A DNA stretch of 64,000 nt from a virus, in the IMG/VR virus record IMGVR_UViG_3300042882_000899, positions 32,001 to 96,000 of that record. The stretch is one strand, 5' to 3'. Position 1 is the stretch's first letter, and each line of letters starts with the position of its first letter. Made by a program: the position numbers and the translations under genes. The notes beneath the pieces were generated by a model. That model was not told the origin of the DNA and searched no databases. It was given only the letters and a program-made list of their open reading frames with translations. Shown piece after piece: positions 9,813-18,600 of this stretch.

Positions 9813-9998
9813 TTATTTAGTTGTTACTTCTAGTTCTACTACATTGTATGGCTCAATCAGGTCATCAGTTGGAATCTCAGTCCAGCCCTCTGCAGGAATC
9901 CTAAGCGCTGACTCCCATGCAAGGTCGTGAGACTCTGCGTTAATGATTACATAAAACTCTTGCTTGCGGTCACCATAGATTTTATAGTCTTGTCTCAT
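9813..9998 (-). CDS. hypothetical early protein
   Basis: ORF track; coupled within the operon. Confidence 0.65.
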   Translation of the reverse strand: MRQDYKIYGDRKQEFYVIINAESHDLAWESALRIPAEGWTEIPTDDLIEPYNVVELEVTTK

Positions 9999-10124
9999 AG
10001 TCCCACCTGTTCTACCCTATCTTTAATTAGTTTAGCAATGATGTTATGGGCCTCGATGTTTTCAGTTTCGCTGCCACCCCATAGCAAAGCTTGGGCCTTG
10101 CTAAGTTGATCGTTTAAGTATTCA

Positions 10125-10439
10125 TCACTCATCTTCATCTTCGTCTTCTTCCTCTTCCCACTCAGGGTCAGTAATGTAGTCACGATTCAACATCCACTCT
10201 AGGACATCGTCTTGGTGCTGTTCTGCACCGTATTCCAAGGAAAAGCCTTGTCCAGCCTCCACAGCCTCGCACAGGTGGTTCCACATGTCATCTTGGGTAA
10301 CCTTAGCATTGTAGTTCTCATCATCTAAGATGTTATTAATAGTTGACCATGTCCATAGCCAAACAAGCGATAGGCCAAGGTCGGTGCTGTCTAGAATCTC
10401 TAAACACTTGTTTAGTTTATCTTTATCTTCAGGCTTCAT
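10125..10439 (-). CDS. hypothetical early protein, acidic tail
   Basis: ORF track. Confidence 0.75.
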   Translation of the reverse strand: MKPEDKDKLNKCLEILDSTDLGLSLVWLWTWSTINNILDDENYNAKVTQDDMWNHLCEAVEAGQGFSLEYGAEQHQDDVLEWMLNRDYITDPEWEEEEDEDEDE

Positions 10440-10725
10440 TCAATGGCTCCGAATCTATTCTCTCTTGAATTGCAAATGAGAGTTGATATGTTAGTTGATA
10501 CAGGTCAACTAGCATGTCGAGTCGTCCTTCACACTCTGTACGGACCATAGAGTCCATTGCCTCTTCGGACCTTTCTTCTTGTGCTAATGCCTCTGATAGG
10601 TCTTGCTCAGCAATTAGCATTAGATTCTTTAGTTCACCATGCAAGATATCAAGGCCTGATACTCCAGCATTAACCATGCGTTGCAAATGGGGCGGGAGCC
10701 CAATGTCTTCTGCAGTCATATTCAT
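10429..10725 (-). CDS. hypothetical early protein
   Basis: ORF track; AACGAAAGG leader. Confidence 0.75.
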   Translation of the reverse strand: MNMTAEDIGLPPHLQRMVNAGVSGLDILHGELKNLMLIAEQDLSEALAQEERSEEAMDSMVRTECEGRLDMLVDLYQLTYQLSFAIQERIDSEPLNEA

Positions 10726-10931
10726 TAATATACCCTTTCGTTATCAAGCATTATATCAGTTGCCACTGACAAAATATGTTCCATAGTATCAATTGCTCCT
10801 GTGTAATATGCATCTGATTCAAAGTACTCATCTTCATTTAAAGGTATGTTATTTCTAGCATCCTCTAAATCTTGTTCTAAACTAATCTTATGTATCTTTA
10901 GATATTCCATAAAATGTGATGACCTAGTCAA
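10725..10931 (-). CDS. hypothetical early protein (contains embedded promoter)
   Basis: ORF track; GGAGG SD. Confidence 0.65.
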   Translation of the reverse strand: MTRSSHFMEYLKIHKISLEQDLEDARNNIPLNEDEYFESDAYYTGAIDTMEHILSVATDIMLDNERVY

Positions 10932-11097
10932 AATAACCCTCCGCCCATAGTCCCTGGAGAAAACTAACTGTCATCTCCAAATCATTTCTAAGTTGTGTCT
11001 TGTCCATTAAATCGGACGGGGATCGAAGATAGAATAACTTAGCATCATGTACTGAGTTAATCATAGTATCTAAATCTTTTTTCTCATATCCTAACAT
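10924..11097 (-). CDS. hypothetical early protein (57 aa, MLGYEKKD...LWAEGYFD)
   Basis: Manual translation; fills the gap between coupled ORFs. Confidence 0.6.
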   Translation of the reverse strand: MLGYEKKDLDTMINSVHDAKLFYLRSPSDLMDKTQLRNDLEMTVSFLQGLWAEGYFD

Positions 11098-11309
11098 CAT
11101 AAGCAGAACTCATCTCCTTCAATATATCCATAGTATTCATTGTATGATTGTTTTAAGTTATCAGGTGCAAATTGCATAAACTTAAATTCTGCATAATCTG
11201 TACCTTCATCTAAATTAGCATTGTTCCATTGCTCAAATAGATGTTGCTCAATATCTACTTGAATTGCTCCAAGAAGATGTTCTCCTACTGTATCTGTAAA
11301 TGCTTCCAT
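11097..11309 (-). CDS. hypothetical early protein
   Basis: ORF track. Confidence 0.7.
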   Translation of the reverse strand: MEAFTDTVGEHLLGAIQVDIEQHLFEQWNNANLDEGTDYAEFKFMQFAPDNLKQSYNEYYGYIEGDEFCL

Positions 11310-12043
11310 TATGCTTCCGCCTTTCTATATTCAGGAACTTTGGTTTCTAAGTATACACTATGGGTCTGACATTCTTTAACAGCCTCTAGGTCTGCCTCGC
11401 CAAGCCAGTTGCAAGCACCGCAGATTTCTCCACATTCATTCTCGCAGTATTCCATTTGATTAGTTGCATCACAATCACGGCACATGTTATCATATTCTGA
11501 TTCTGAGATAACTTCACCACGGAGGAATTCCATTTCCCCACCCCAACCTGTTTCTTCTTCATATGATAAAGTAAATAGTAGTGTTGGGTATTGTGCAGAT
11601 AGTTTAGAGATAGCACCAAGAGGCCGTGACCATGCAGTATTAAAGTTATAATGAACTACATAGTTCTCGCCATTCTCGGCTTCCTCGATAGTTGTATCAG
11701 GATACTTGTCATCTTCTGATACAGCAACATCCCACTTAGTACCCCACTCACGAACATTAAAGTTGTACCAGTCATTGGTCTCAAACTTCATTGCCTGAGA
11801 AAAGTCGGTGGAACGAGGAGGTTGTCCATGATATACCTCATCAGTAATACCAGCATCCTTATATGAATAGATATTATGAAAAGCAAAGATAGGATTAACA
11901 TACTTAGTCTGCTTGACATCATATGATAAATCACCTACAGGTGTAATAGAATAAACAAATGGCTTATTCATCTGCTTGATTAGATTTTTAACTTGCTCAG
12001 GATTACCTTCAATAGTTAATCCATTAAATACCCAGTTTGGCAT
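11309..12043 (-). CDS. DUF1281/Api92-like ferredoxin-fold protein with C-terminal Cys cluster
   Basis: MPNW..N.L, WY......WGTKWD, F.TAWS.P, L.YEE.G motifs. Confidence 0.7.
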   Translation of the reverse strand: MPNWVFNGLTIEGNPEQVKNLIKQMNKPFVYSITPVGDLSYDVKQTKYVNPIFAFHNIYSYKDAGITDEVYHGQPPRSTDFSQAMKFETNDWYNFNVREWGTKWDVAVSEDDKYPDTTIEEAENGENYVVHYNFNTAWSRPLGAISKLSAQYPTLLFTLSYEEETGWGGEMEFLRGEVISESEYDNMCRDCDATNQMEYCENECGEICGACNWLGEADLEAVKECQTHSVYLETKVPEYRKAEA

Positions 12044-12267
12044 TTTATATCCTTTCGTTGATATGTTCCTATTATATATTAGACCACTGACAAATGTCTA
12101 TATGATATGGGTCACAAACGATAATTTGACCCCTCCAAATTAGTGTTTACACTTCTATATGTAAATCAATATAGATGTGTAAGCTTTGTGGTCAAGATCA
12201 TAGCAAATTCCAGGGAATATAATTGACAGTCGTAACGACAATATGCTACCCTCATGTCTTTGCGGGC

Positions 12268-12297
12268 AAAGAAAAACCCCCCAGCTAGTGGGGGGTC
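12268..12297 (-). terminator. intrinsic terminator
   Basis: ACCCCCCA-CTAGC-TGGGGGGT followed by TTTTCTTT. Confidence 0.85.
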
Positions 12298-12416
12298 TTG
12301 AATAATGGCTGCCTGGATTTCCAACGAAAGAAATAAACCCGCTTTACTTAGCGCCTGGCCATTGAGACTGATAGACGCACCATTATATTTCCTATTAAAA
12401 CCAGGACCTTAGTCCT
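12268..12416 (-). ncRNA. putative structured sRNA antisense to the early-gene AACGAAAG leader
   Basis: -10 TATAAT at 12428-12423, intrinsic terminator at 12268-12297, nested stems, loop AUUUCUUUCGUUGG. Confidence 0.65.
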
Positions 12417-12423
12417 AGTCTAA

Positions 12424-12789
12424 TTATACCATAACTAGTCGACTGTATTTGTCTACGAATGCCGCCAAGGATAGACTGAATACAACCGTGCTCATATCTT
12501 CCTCGTACAGTGTAAACGTTTGAGAGGCCCAGTTAATTACAGGCACCTTGTGTTCGTTGTCCCCTAGTTGATTTACGTAGAGCCCCCATGATAATGTTTG
12601 ATTCCAGTCTTCTCCAATTAAATGAGAGATTGCAATACGTGTTGCATATGATGGGTCCTGCCAACGTGTCTCTGCAGCGCTAACAGCATTTGCCAGTTTG
12701 GCTAGCATGTCGTGGCCTGCCCAGTGCCCGTATAAAAATATTGTATCGCCTTTTTGGTCTTTAAACCCAAAGTTTGCTCTGTCGCCCAT
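12424..12789 (-). CDS. conserved-looking phage protein (MGDRA...YLY.HW.G type)
   Basis: ORF track. Confidence 0.8.
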   Translation of the reverse strand: MGDRANFGFKDQKGDTIFLYGHWAGHDMLAKLANAVSAAETRWQDPSYATRIAISHLIGEDWNQTLSWGLYVNQLGDNEHKVPVINWASQTFTLYEEDMSTVVFSLSLAAFVDKYSRLVMV

Positions 12790-12790
12790 A

Positions 12791-13000
12791 TTATTCCGCC
12801 GTTTCTAAAGTAGGTACTGCTTCTTCTATTTTGTTTAATTCTATCACTTCGTATGCGACCTTGTCAAGGCCACGCTTGCTTGCATTGTAGTGGTGACCGC
12901 AAAAGAACAGTTCACCTTCTACTAGTTTAACTAAGTACATTGCTTGAGCTGTGTTACATTGATCACATGCTATCCATCTTGTTAGATCTTCCGTTGTCAT
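12791..13000 (-). CDS. small Zn-binding protein (CxxC...FCGHH)
   Basis: CDQC...A...L.FCGHH motif. Confidence 0.75.
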   Translation of the reverse strand: MTTEDLTRWIACDQCNTAQAMYLVKLVEGELFFCGHHYNASKRGLDKVAYEVIELNKIEEAVPTLETAE

Positions 13001-13152
13001 AGTTTTCCTCCTTCGATCATCTCAGATAGACGGTCAAGGATCCAGGAATCAATGTCGTTGATATCAATCTCTGACAACTTTTCCATGATCTCTTCACGAG
13101 CAAACTTATATCCATCTGCCCAGCCATCTTTATATTCTGACATAATCTCTCC

Positions 13153-13356
13153 TTAGTAACCTGTTGTTTCGTAGTCTGATATGTATGATTCAGTTAAGTT
13201 GTACTTATCACGCAGACGACTTACTTTCTCAATACTACCAGTTCCAATGTTGAATGTCAATGGAGCCATTCTCTGCGGGTCGAGTCCGTTGATTTCTGCA
13301 TCCCAATAGGCCCTCTCCATGGAGAGCCTATTAGGAGCGGTGAGTTCAAAATACAT
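13153..13356 (-). CDS. hypothetical early protein
   Basis: ORF track; GGGAGG SD. Confidence 0.7.
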   Translation of the reverse strand: MYFELTAPNRLSMERAYWDAEINGLDPQRMAPLTFNIGTGSIEKVSRLRDKYNLTESYISDYETTGY

Positions 13357-14012
13357 TATGCCTCCCTAACGTTGCAAACTTCGGTGTCATCAATTGTGAT
13401 GTTTCCGTCATTTGATTCAGCATATAATGAATCTGTTATAACTGACTCAAGGTCGTACTCTGAATAATCTGATAGAACATCATATGAATATGTTCCAGTA
13501 ACTTCTACAGATGCAGTAAACTGAACTTCCTTGATAAGTTCGATACCAAGCGCTTCAGCAATGTCACGCAATGTATCTTGGTCTTGTGAATCTGCATATG
13601 CCTCGCAGATGATTTCCTTGACTGCATCAATCTTAGATTGAATAGAACTTAAAGTCTTCTGCGATTGACGGGCATTGTGAAGGTCCCATTCAATACTGGT
13701 AACCTTATCTGTAATGTACTCAGGATTAGAATAACCGTTAATCTTTTTATATGTTACTAATAGATTAGAGTTATATGTATCTGGTACCAAGTGCTCTGTT
13801 GTTTCCATTTTTTCCTCTTTCGTTTGGGTTAAGGGTGTAATTGTAGCATGCTCCACTGACAATAATGTAGTCTTACGCCCGCATGGGCATGTGAGTTCTG
13901 TCACACCTGAAGGAAAGCCAAATCCATCAGATGATGTAAGTTCAATTAAACAATCGCAATGCTCAGGATCACATGCGAATGTGTATTTACTTGATATGAG
14001 TTCGTTGGTCAT
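13356..14012 (-). CDS. early protein with two in-frame starts (MTNELI.. at 14012; METTEH.. at 13808)
   Basis: Each start has its own TGTCAG-N10 promoter. Confidence 0.65.
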   Translation of the reverse strand: MTNELISSKYTFACDPEHCDCLIELTSSDGFGFPSGVTELTCPCGRKTTLLSVEHATITPLTQTKEEKMETTEHLVPDTYNSNLLVTYKKINGYSNPEYITDKVTSIEWDLHNARQSQKTLSSIQSKIDAVKEIICEAYADSQDQDTLRDIAEALGIELIKEVQFTASVEVTGTYSYDVLSDYSEYDLESVITDSLYAESNDGNITIDDTEVCNVREA

Positions 14013-14113
14013 GAAGAGAATTATACACCAGGCCACTGACATTTACAATAGATTCCAGGGAATATTTGTGTGAGTCGTAACACACTTTTTGCCCCCTTAG
14101 CTTTGAGGGCGCT

Positions 14114-14190
14114 TGGCGATCCATATCGGACTTGAACCGACGGCCTCTACCGTGACAGGGTAGCGCTCTAACCAACTGAGCTAATGGACC
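14114..14190 (-). tRNA. tRNA-Asp(GTC)
   Basis: GGTCCATTAGCTCAGTTGGTTAGAGC..CTACC-CTGTCAC-GGTAG..GTTCAAGTC..CCA. Confidence 0.95.
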
Positions 14191-14201
14191 AAGAAAAATT
14201 G

Positions 14202-14229
14202 TGAGCAGTTTTTAATCATGCTCAGGATT
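14202..14229 (-). other. putative H-type RNA pseudoknot, copy 1
   Basis: AATC-CTGAGCAT-GATT-AAAAAC-TGCTCA. Confidence 0.55.
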
Positions 14230-14236
14230 TTATTTA

Positions 14237-15244
14237 TTAAAACGCAGAAACTAATTTTTTAATTTTATTTTTTTCTGCGGTTAGAATTGGGTCAAAGCCT
14301 GATGCACCAGCCATAAGTGTTTCAGAATTGCCACGACCTGAACGATAATAGTCAAGGCGTTCAGTAAGTGCATTGAAAGCACCCCACTTTGTACCCTTGA
14401 TGTTAGCGTTAGTTGGTGAGTTATGATAAAGGTCATCAAGCAAAACGACTTTATTCTCCCACTTAGTTAGCGCAACTTTAGCAGCATCCTTATCTGGCTT
14501 AGGATAAATTGTCTGAATCAACTTTGAGAATTCTGCATCAGTAATTGATTGAGAATAAAGTGCTTGCGCTTCCTTCTCAAATTCATCAAAGTATCCAAGA
14601 GCAAGACCAAGAGTCTCACGAGCAACTTGGATGCGACCTTCAACAGATTGCGTGTGGCGAATCTTAAATGATTGCTTTGCATTACGCATTGCAAGATTAA
14701 GAGTGTTTTGGCATACTACACGAACAGGGGTAACAGCAGCCTGAACAGCCACAGACCCGTCATGAGATGTCCATACGATTAGATACAACTTAGTTGCATC
14801 ATTTGCGCCTTGTGGGTCAAGCACCATTGTGCGAGGAATGTCCACAGTACCAAATACAACTTTACCGCTACGCAATGAGCCAGCAGACTCCCAGCGACAG
14901 TCAGCGTTTGCATCATGAATTGCATCAGCAAATGCAAATAGTTCCTCATTCTGCACAGGCTTGTAACGCTTGCCAACAGTGGCAAGAACATCAGTACCCT
15001 GATTGAATGGGTTATCACGAATAACTAACTGAGCATTTGATACATCATTCCATGTATCGGAGATGTGGTCAGTTAGTGGAGATAGACGAACATTCCAATT
15101 GGAAAGTTTTGCCTCATCCAACATCATTTGAGTTGTAACATCCTCATCTTGTGTAAAGATGCGATTTGCGAGATTGTGCCATGCAGGTGCGCCACGCAAT
15201 GCAAAAGCAACTTGACCATTTTCGGTTTCTAGATTATGAGCCAT
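14237..15244 (-). CDS. DUF932 / phage-plasmid protein (TIGR03299-like)
   Basis: MAH......AWH.L, Y.PVQN, SAGSL..G, SHDGS......TPVRVVC.NTL, RHT, T.WGAFNA.TE..D. Confidence 0.85.
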   Translation of the reverse strand: MAHNLETENGQVAFALRGAPAWHNLANRIFTQDEDVTTQMMLDEAKLSNWNVRLSPLTDHISDTWNDVSNAQLVIRDNPFNQGTDVLATVGKRYKPVQNEELFAFADAIHDANADCRWESAGSLRSGKVVFGTVDIPRTMVLDPQGANDATKLYLIVWTSHDGSVAVQAAVTPVRVVCQNTLNLAMRNAKQSFKIRHTQSVEGRIQVARETLGLALGYFDEFEKEAQALYSQSITDAEFSKLIQTIYPKPDKDAAKVALTKWENKVVLLDDLYHNSPTNANIKGTKWGAFNALTERLDYYRSGRGNSETLMAGASGFDPILTAEKNKIKKLVSAF

Positions 15245-15444
15245 TTATTTTTTACCTTTCGTTTGATTAGTTGTAAGTATAACAGAACCCACTGACAAAT
15301 ACTAGTCTAGTTACATTATGTCTCATTATGTGGGATGTGATCAATCTCACAAAATTCCAGGGATATCCACAGGCAGTCGTAACCCTGTGGATAACCCCTC
15401 AGATTTACGGGCCAGCTGCAGAGAATGCAGCCAGTGTTAGATCT

Positions 15445-15699
15445 TTAAAGACCTAACTCATCCCTAGTTAATTTATTTGTTCTCCCATAATTAATAACTT
15501 CGGACGGGAGGTAAAGAGCAGTAGTCTTAGTCTTCTTCAATGTATCATACACATAAGCACGTACATCACCAAAGAAGTTACGTCGATTAGAAAATGCTAA
15601 CTCAGTTAAGTATTCTTTATCTACGCCTTGCTCTGAATAAATTGTTAAATCATTTAACTTATTTGCGTCATAAATTTCTACACGAAATCTATTTTTCAT
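15445..15699 (-). CDS. hypothetical early protein
   Basis: ORF track; AAAGG SD. Confidence 0.75.
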   Translation of the reverse strand: MKNRFRVEIYDANKLNDLTIYSEQGVDKEYLTELAFSNRRNFFGDVRAYVYDTLKKTKTTALYLPSEVINYGRTNKLTRDELGL

Positions 15700-15734
15700 T
15701 TTGTTACCTTTGTTAGTGGTTGTCCCCGAAGGGA

Positions 15735-15761
15735 GAGCAGTTTGGCGACATACTCAGGTCG
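15735..15761 (-). other. putative H-type RNA pseudoknot, copy 2
   Basis: CGAC-CTGAGTAT-GTCG-CCAAAC-TGCTC, followed by a CUUCGG hairpin. Confidence 0.55.
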
Positions 15762-15770
15762 TTGGATTGT

Positions 15771-16187
15771 TTAGAGATACTTAGCAATTTGCTTCATTGT
15801 AGAAGCATTTACTGTTTCCTCATCTGTCATCTTGAGAATTGTGAGAGCATTTGTGATGTCCTCTTTCATTTCCTTATACTGCCATTGTTGTATAGTCTCA
15901 AAGTCCTTCTCAGGCTCAGCAGGGAAATCGCTTTCGCCTGTTGTGATGTCAAAATCAACATTGAGAGTTTTGTTCCATTGACGATAGTTTGTGCGAAGGT
16001 TCTCAGCCTTTGAGAAGCGGTCAATAGCCCACTTTCCAATTTCCTTCTGCCACTTTTCATAAGCCTTCTTATACTTTGCTTCGTTGGCTTCTTGTGAGGC
16101 ATAGTTCTTTTCTATTTCTGCTAGACGAGTCTCTAGTGCCTTGATTACCTTTGGTGTTGCCACCTTTACTGTGATTGCTCTACTCAT
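15771..16187 (-). CDS. hypothetical early protein (helical)
   Basis: ORF track; promoter and AACGAAAGG leader. Confidence 0.85.
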   Translation of the reverse strand: MSRAITVKVATPKVIKALETRLAEIEKNYASQEANEAKYKKAYEKWQKEIGKWAIDRFSKAENLRTNYRQWNKTLNVDFDITTGESDFPAEPEKDFETIQQWQYKEMKEDITNALTILKMTDEETVNASTMKQIAKYL

Positions 16188-16273
16188 TGTTATTACCTTT
16201 CGTTGGTTGTTTAGTTTGTTTGAGTATTATAGCAGGGGGGTCTGACATTTCTGCGACCCCCCATGCCGTTAGA

Positions 16274-16456
16274 TTATACGCCTAGTAGGGTTTGAGCAGA
16301 TACCGAAGTCCAACGAGTTTCCTTGTTGGGCATTTCTAGTAGCACACGCACCGAGCCAGATGTTTGTGGGTGGATTTCCTTAATCACACCTGTTTTCTTT
16401 GACTTGAGAGTGGTGAATAAATCGCCCACCTGATACAACTTGTCGTTGATTGTCAT
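16274..16456 (-). CDS. small SH3/KOW-like protein
   Basis: YQVGD.......TGVIKEI.....VRVLL. Confidence 0.7.
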   Translation of the reverse strand: MTINDKLYQVGDLFTTLKSKKTGVIKEIHPQTSGSVRVLLEMPNKETRWTSVSAQTLLGV

Positions 16457-16697
16457 TTATTGCCTCTTTTCTTTGTTAGGTTGGTAATTATAGCATTGGG
16501 GTCTGACATTAGTCTAGCCCTATCTCACTATGTGAGAAAGTTATTGTGTGATAAAAATCACAAGTATTCGGTTAGATCGCCATCCATGATCTCATTTAGC
16601 TCTAAGCCTTCTGAGTCTGCGATTGCTTCCCATAGATCCATTTCATTAAAGTCTCCATCAGGATGTCTCTCTGATAAGATAGAATAAAGATTATTCA

Positions 16698-16964
16698 TTA
16701 GTAATCCTCCTCTGGTAGCCAAGCGTCTAAGTGGTGTTGTTCAGCAATTGCCCAAGCGGGTGCTGTTGTTCTATCTTTGTATTTCACGCCTTCAGGAAGT
16801 GCTATTGGTGCATCGTATTCTCCCGCATGGATAGCATCAATGGCATCAATGCAGGGTTGCACCATAGAAAGTGGGACGGGTGGGTAATGATTACCCTGTA
16901 AGTGATAGCCTAGTGCTACCTCTAAATCTAATTCAGTTAAATCTAATGCTGTGTTGTATCCCAT
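16698..16964 (-). CDS. hypothetical early protein (HL..NHYPPVP motif)
   Basis: ORF track. Confidence 0.8.
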   Translation of the reverse strand: MGYNTALDLTELDLEVALGYHLQGNHYPPVPLSMVQPCIDAIDAIHAGEYDAPIALPEGVKYKDRTTAPAWAIAEQHHLDAWLPEEDY

Positions 16965-17171
16965 TTATTCTGCCACCTTTAGAATAGCCCATGAGCCACC
17001 CTTGTTAATTTCATCTAGTGCAGGCTTAAGTGTTGGTGCAATAAGTGTTTTTAGCATTCCTTCTAGCATAAGTATTTGGTCTGACTTATCAAGTGCAAGT
17101 AGCATAGCACCTGTTGGATTAGTTTCATCAACTTCAGTTATGAAGCGGAGAGCGTGTTCGATAGTTATCAT
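16965..17171 (-). CDS. hypothetical early protein
   Basis: ORF track; promoter and leader. Confidence 0.75.
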   Translation of the reverse strand: MITIEHALRFITEVDETNPTGAMLLALDKSDQILMLEGMLKTLIAPTLKPALDEINKGGSWAILKVAE

Positions 17172-17454
17172 TTTTTGCCTTTCGTTGTTGGTATAAGAGT
17201 ATTATAGCGTAGGCCACTGACAAATTGTGCAACACTCCCAAGATTAATCTAATTTATTTTGTGATTAATCTCACAAATTTCAGGGGGTTGTGGATAACGC
17301 CCGTAAGCCTGTGGATAACCCCGCAGTATTGCGGGCTTCCCGCAGCTTTTATTGATCAAATTTATTTTTATGTTTTATTTTGCGTGTGTATTTTTTTTTA
17401 TTACGAACAGGTTGCGCCGCATTACTGCGGCGCAATTCCTGAATTCGTTTTACT

Positions 17455-17646
17455 TTATCTCGAAGTGAATTTTGGAACATTGTATCCACTCGCTTCGTGA
17501 AATCGTTTTACATCAAATCGCTCATTATCTTTAGCAAACATTTCAGCGAAATCATTTACCATTTTAGAAAAAACAGCGGGGTGAGTTTTATCGCTAGCAT
17601 ACTTTAGAATTTCTGCGGTTGCGACATAATCTTTGCGTGTCATCAT
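17455..17646 (-). CDS. hypothetical early protein (TRKDY...DN.RFD..RF)
   Basis: ORF track. Confidence 0.75.
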   Translation of the reverse strand: MMTRKDYVATAEILKYASDKTHPAVFSKMVNDFAEMFAKDNERFDVKRFHEASGYNVPKFTSR

Positions 17647-17849
17647 TTTACTACGACCCTTCTGCCTTCACGATAAAAAACTTTTGTGTGGCATTTGCCA
17701 GTTGGCGTGTAAAGATTTACAGTTGCGTATTCATCAGCAAATCCCCAATCGGTAAAGCGGAAAAAGTTTTCCCACGCACCAAATTCGTTTTCGTATTCTG
17801 CCGACCAATGCGGAGCATTTGAGTCATAGGCGCAAGTTAGTTTATACAT
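17643..17849 (-). CDS. hypothetical early protein (start MYKLTC)
   Basis: GGAG SD before the ATG at 17849. Confidence 0.65.
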   Translation of the reverse strand: MYKLTCAYDSNAPHWSAEYENEFGAWENFFRFTDWGFADEYATVNLYTPTGKCHTKVFYREGRRVVVK

Positions 17850-17974
17850 TAGTTGTTCTCCAATTCTTTTACACAATCGCATTGTTCGCAATCATAGTCA
17901 TTATCATTACCAAAAAAGATTACTCCGTATCCGTGGCAATCTATACAATCTATTCTTATTAGTGAGTTTATCAT
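17849..17974 (-). CDS. small Cys-rich peptide (41 aa)
   Basis: Manual translation MINSLIRIDCIDCHGYG...CEQCDC; promoter and leader. Confidence 0.6.
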   Translation of the reverse strand: MINSLIRIDCIDCHGYGVIFFGNDNDYDCEQCDCVKELENN

Positions 17975-18026
17975 TTAGTTTTCCTTTCGTTTTGTTATTG
18001 CTTATTATAGCCTAAGCCACTGACAT

Positions 18027-18170
18027 TTATTCGGCTTCGGGGGTGGTGAATAAGGCTCCCTCGTTGAGTAGCCCTACCTCAATGTTAAACAGTTCATCAG
18101 GGGTGGCTTCGGATAAATCTACCCAGCCCGCACCATTTTGATCAATTCTAAAAATCTCAATGTATCCCAT
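18027..18170 (-). CDS. small early protein (47 aa)
   Basis: Manual translation MGYIEIFRIDQNGAGW...; GAGG SD. Confidence 0.6.
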   Translation of the reverse strand: MGYIEIFRIDQNGAGWVDLSEATPDELFNIEVGLLNEGALFTTPEAE

Positions 18171-18334
18171 TAGTGTTGTTCCTCGCAATCTTTGTCATAG
18201 TCAAATCCGCAAAAGTAGCAACCCATAAACTCTAGGTGCTCTATACAGTAATACTTAAATTGACTTTCATCACAGCAAAAATGTTGCTCGTCTGCGATTT
18301 CATAGAAATCGGTTTTGTCGATTATGTTTAGCAT
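18170..18334 (-). CDS. small Cys-rich early protein (54 aa)
   Basis: Manual translation; promoter and leader. Confidence 0.6.
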   Translation of the reverse strand: MLNIIDKTDFYEIADEQHFCCDESQFKYYCIEHLEFMGCYFCGFDYDKDCEEQH

Positions 18335-18387
18335 TAGTTTTCCTTTCGTTTGCTTATTTAGTTATTGTACCGCAAGGGTCTGACAAA

Positions 18388-18600
18388 TTAGTCAGACACC
18401 TTGACGGCTAAATAGCGGTATGTATCTTTTAGATTTAGCGGGGCTGAATAATGAGGTCGAACCTGAACCTTGTATGTATCACAATTCGCATACCATACAT
18501 CATCATTTTTTTCCGCTGAGATAATTTCACCCTTTAGAGTTTTTGAGTGATAAGTTTTTCCTACAAGTAGGCTTTCGATAGAATAGACATTTGCTGACAT
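18388..18600 (-). CDS. hypothetical early protein (start MSANVY)
   Basis: AACGAAAGG leader before the ATG at 18600. Confidence 0.7.
   Translation of the reverse strand: MSANVYSIESLLVGKTYHSKTLKGEIISAEKNDDVWYANCDTYKVQVRPHYSAPLNLKDTYRYLAVKVSD

Noticed and set aside
13987-14175. 62-aa ORF in the track
   Set aside because: Overlaps tRNA-Asp, a scaffold repeat and a promoter
14202-15761. CTGA...AAAC motifs as hammerhead ribozymes
   Set aside because: They lack the CUGAnGA/GAAA core and the three-stem junction
17404-17417. Possible LexA SOS box (CGAAC...)
   Set aside because: The second half-site GTTCG is absent at the N4 spacing
17225-17500. 91-aa + strand ORF (likewise 19450-19770 on the minus strand)
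   Set aside because: These translate regulatory repeats (WIT/VDN from DnaA boxes) and have no RBS
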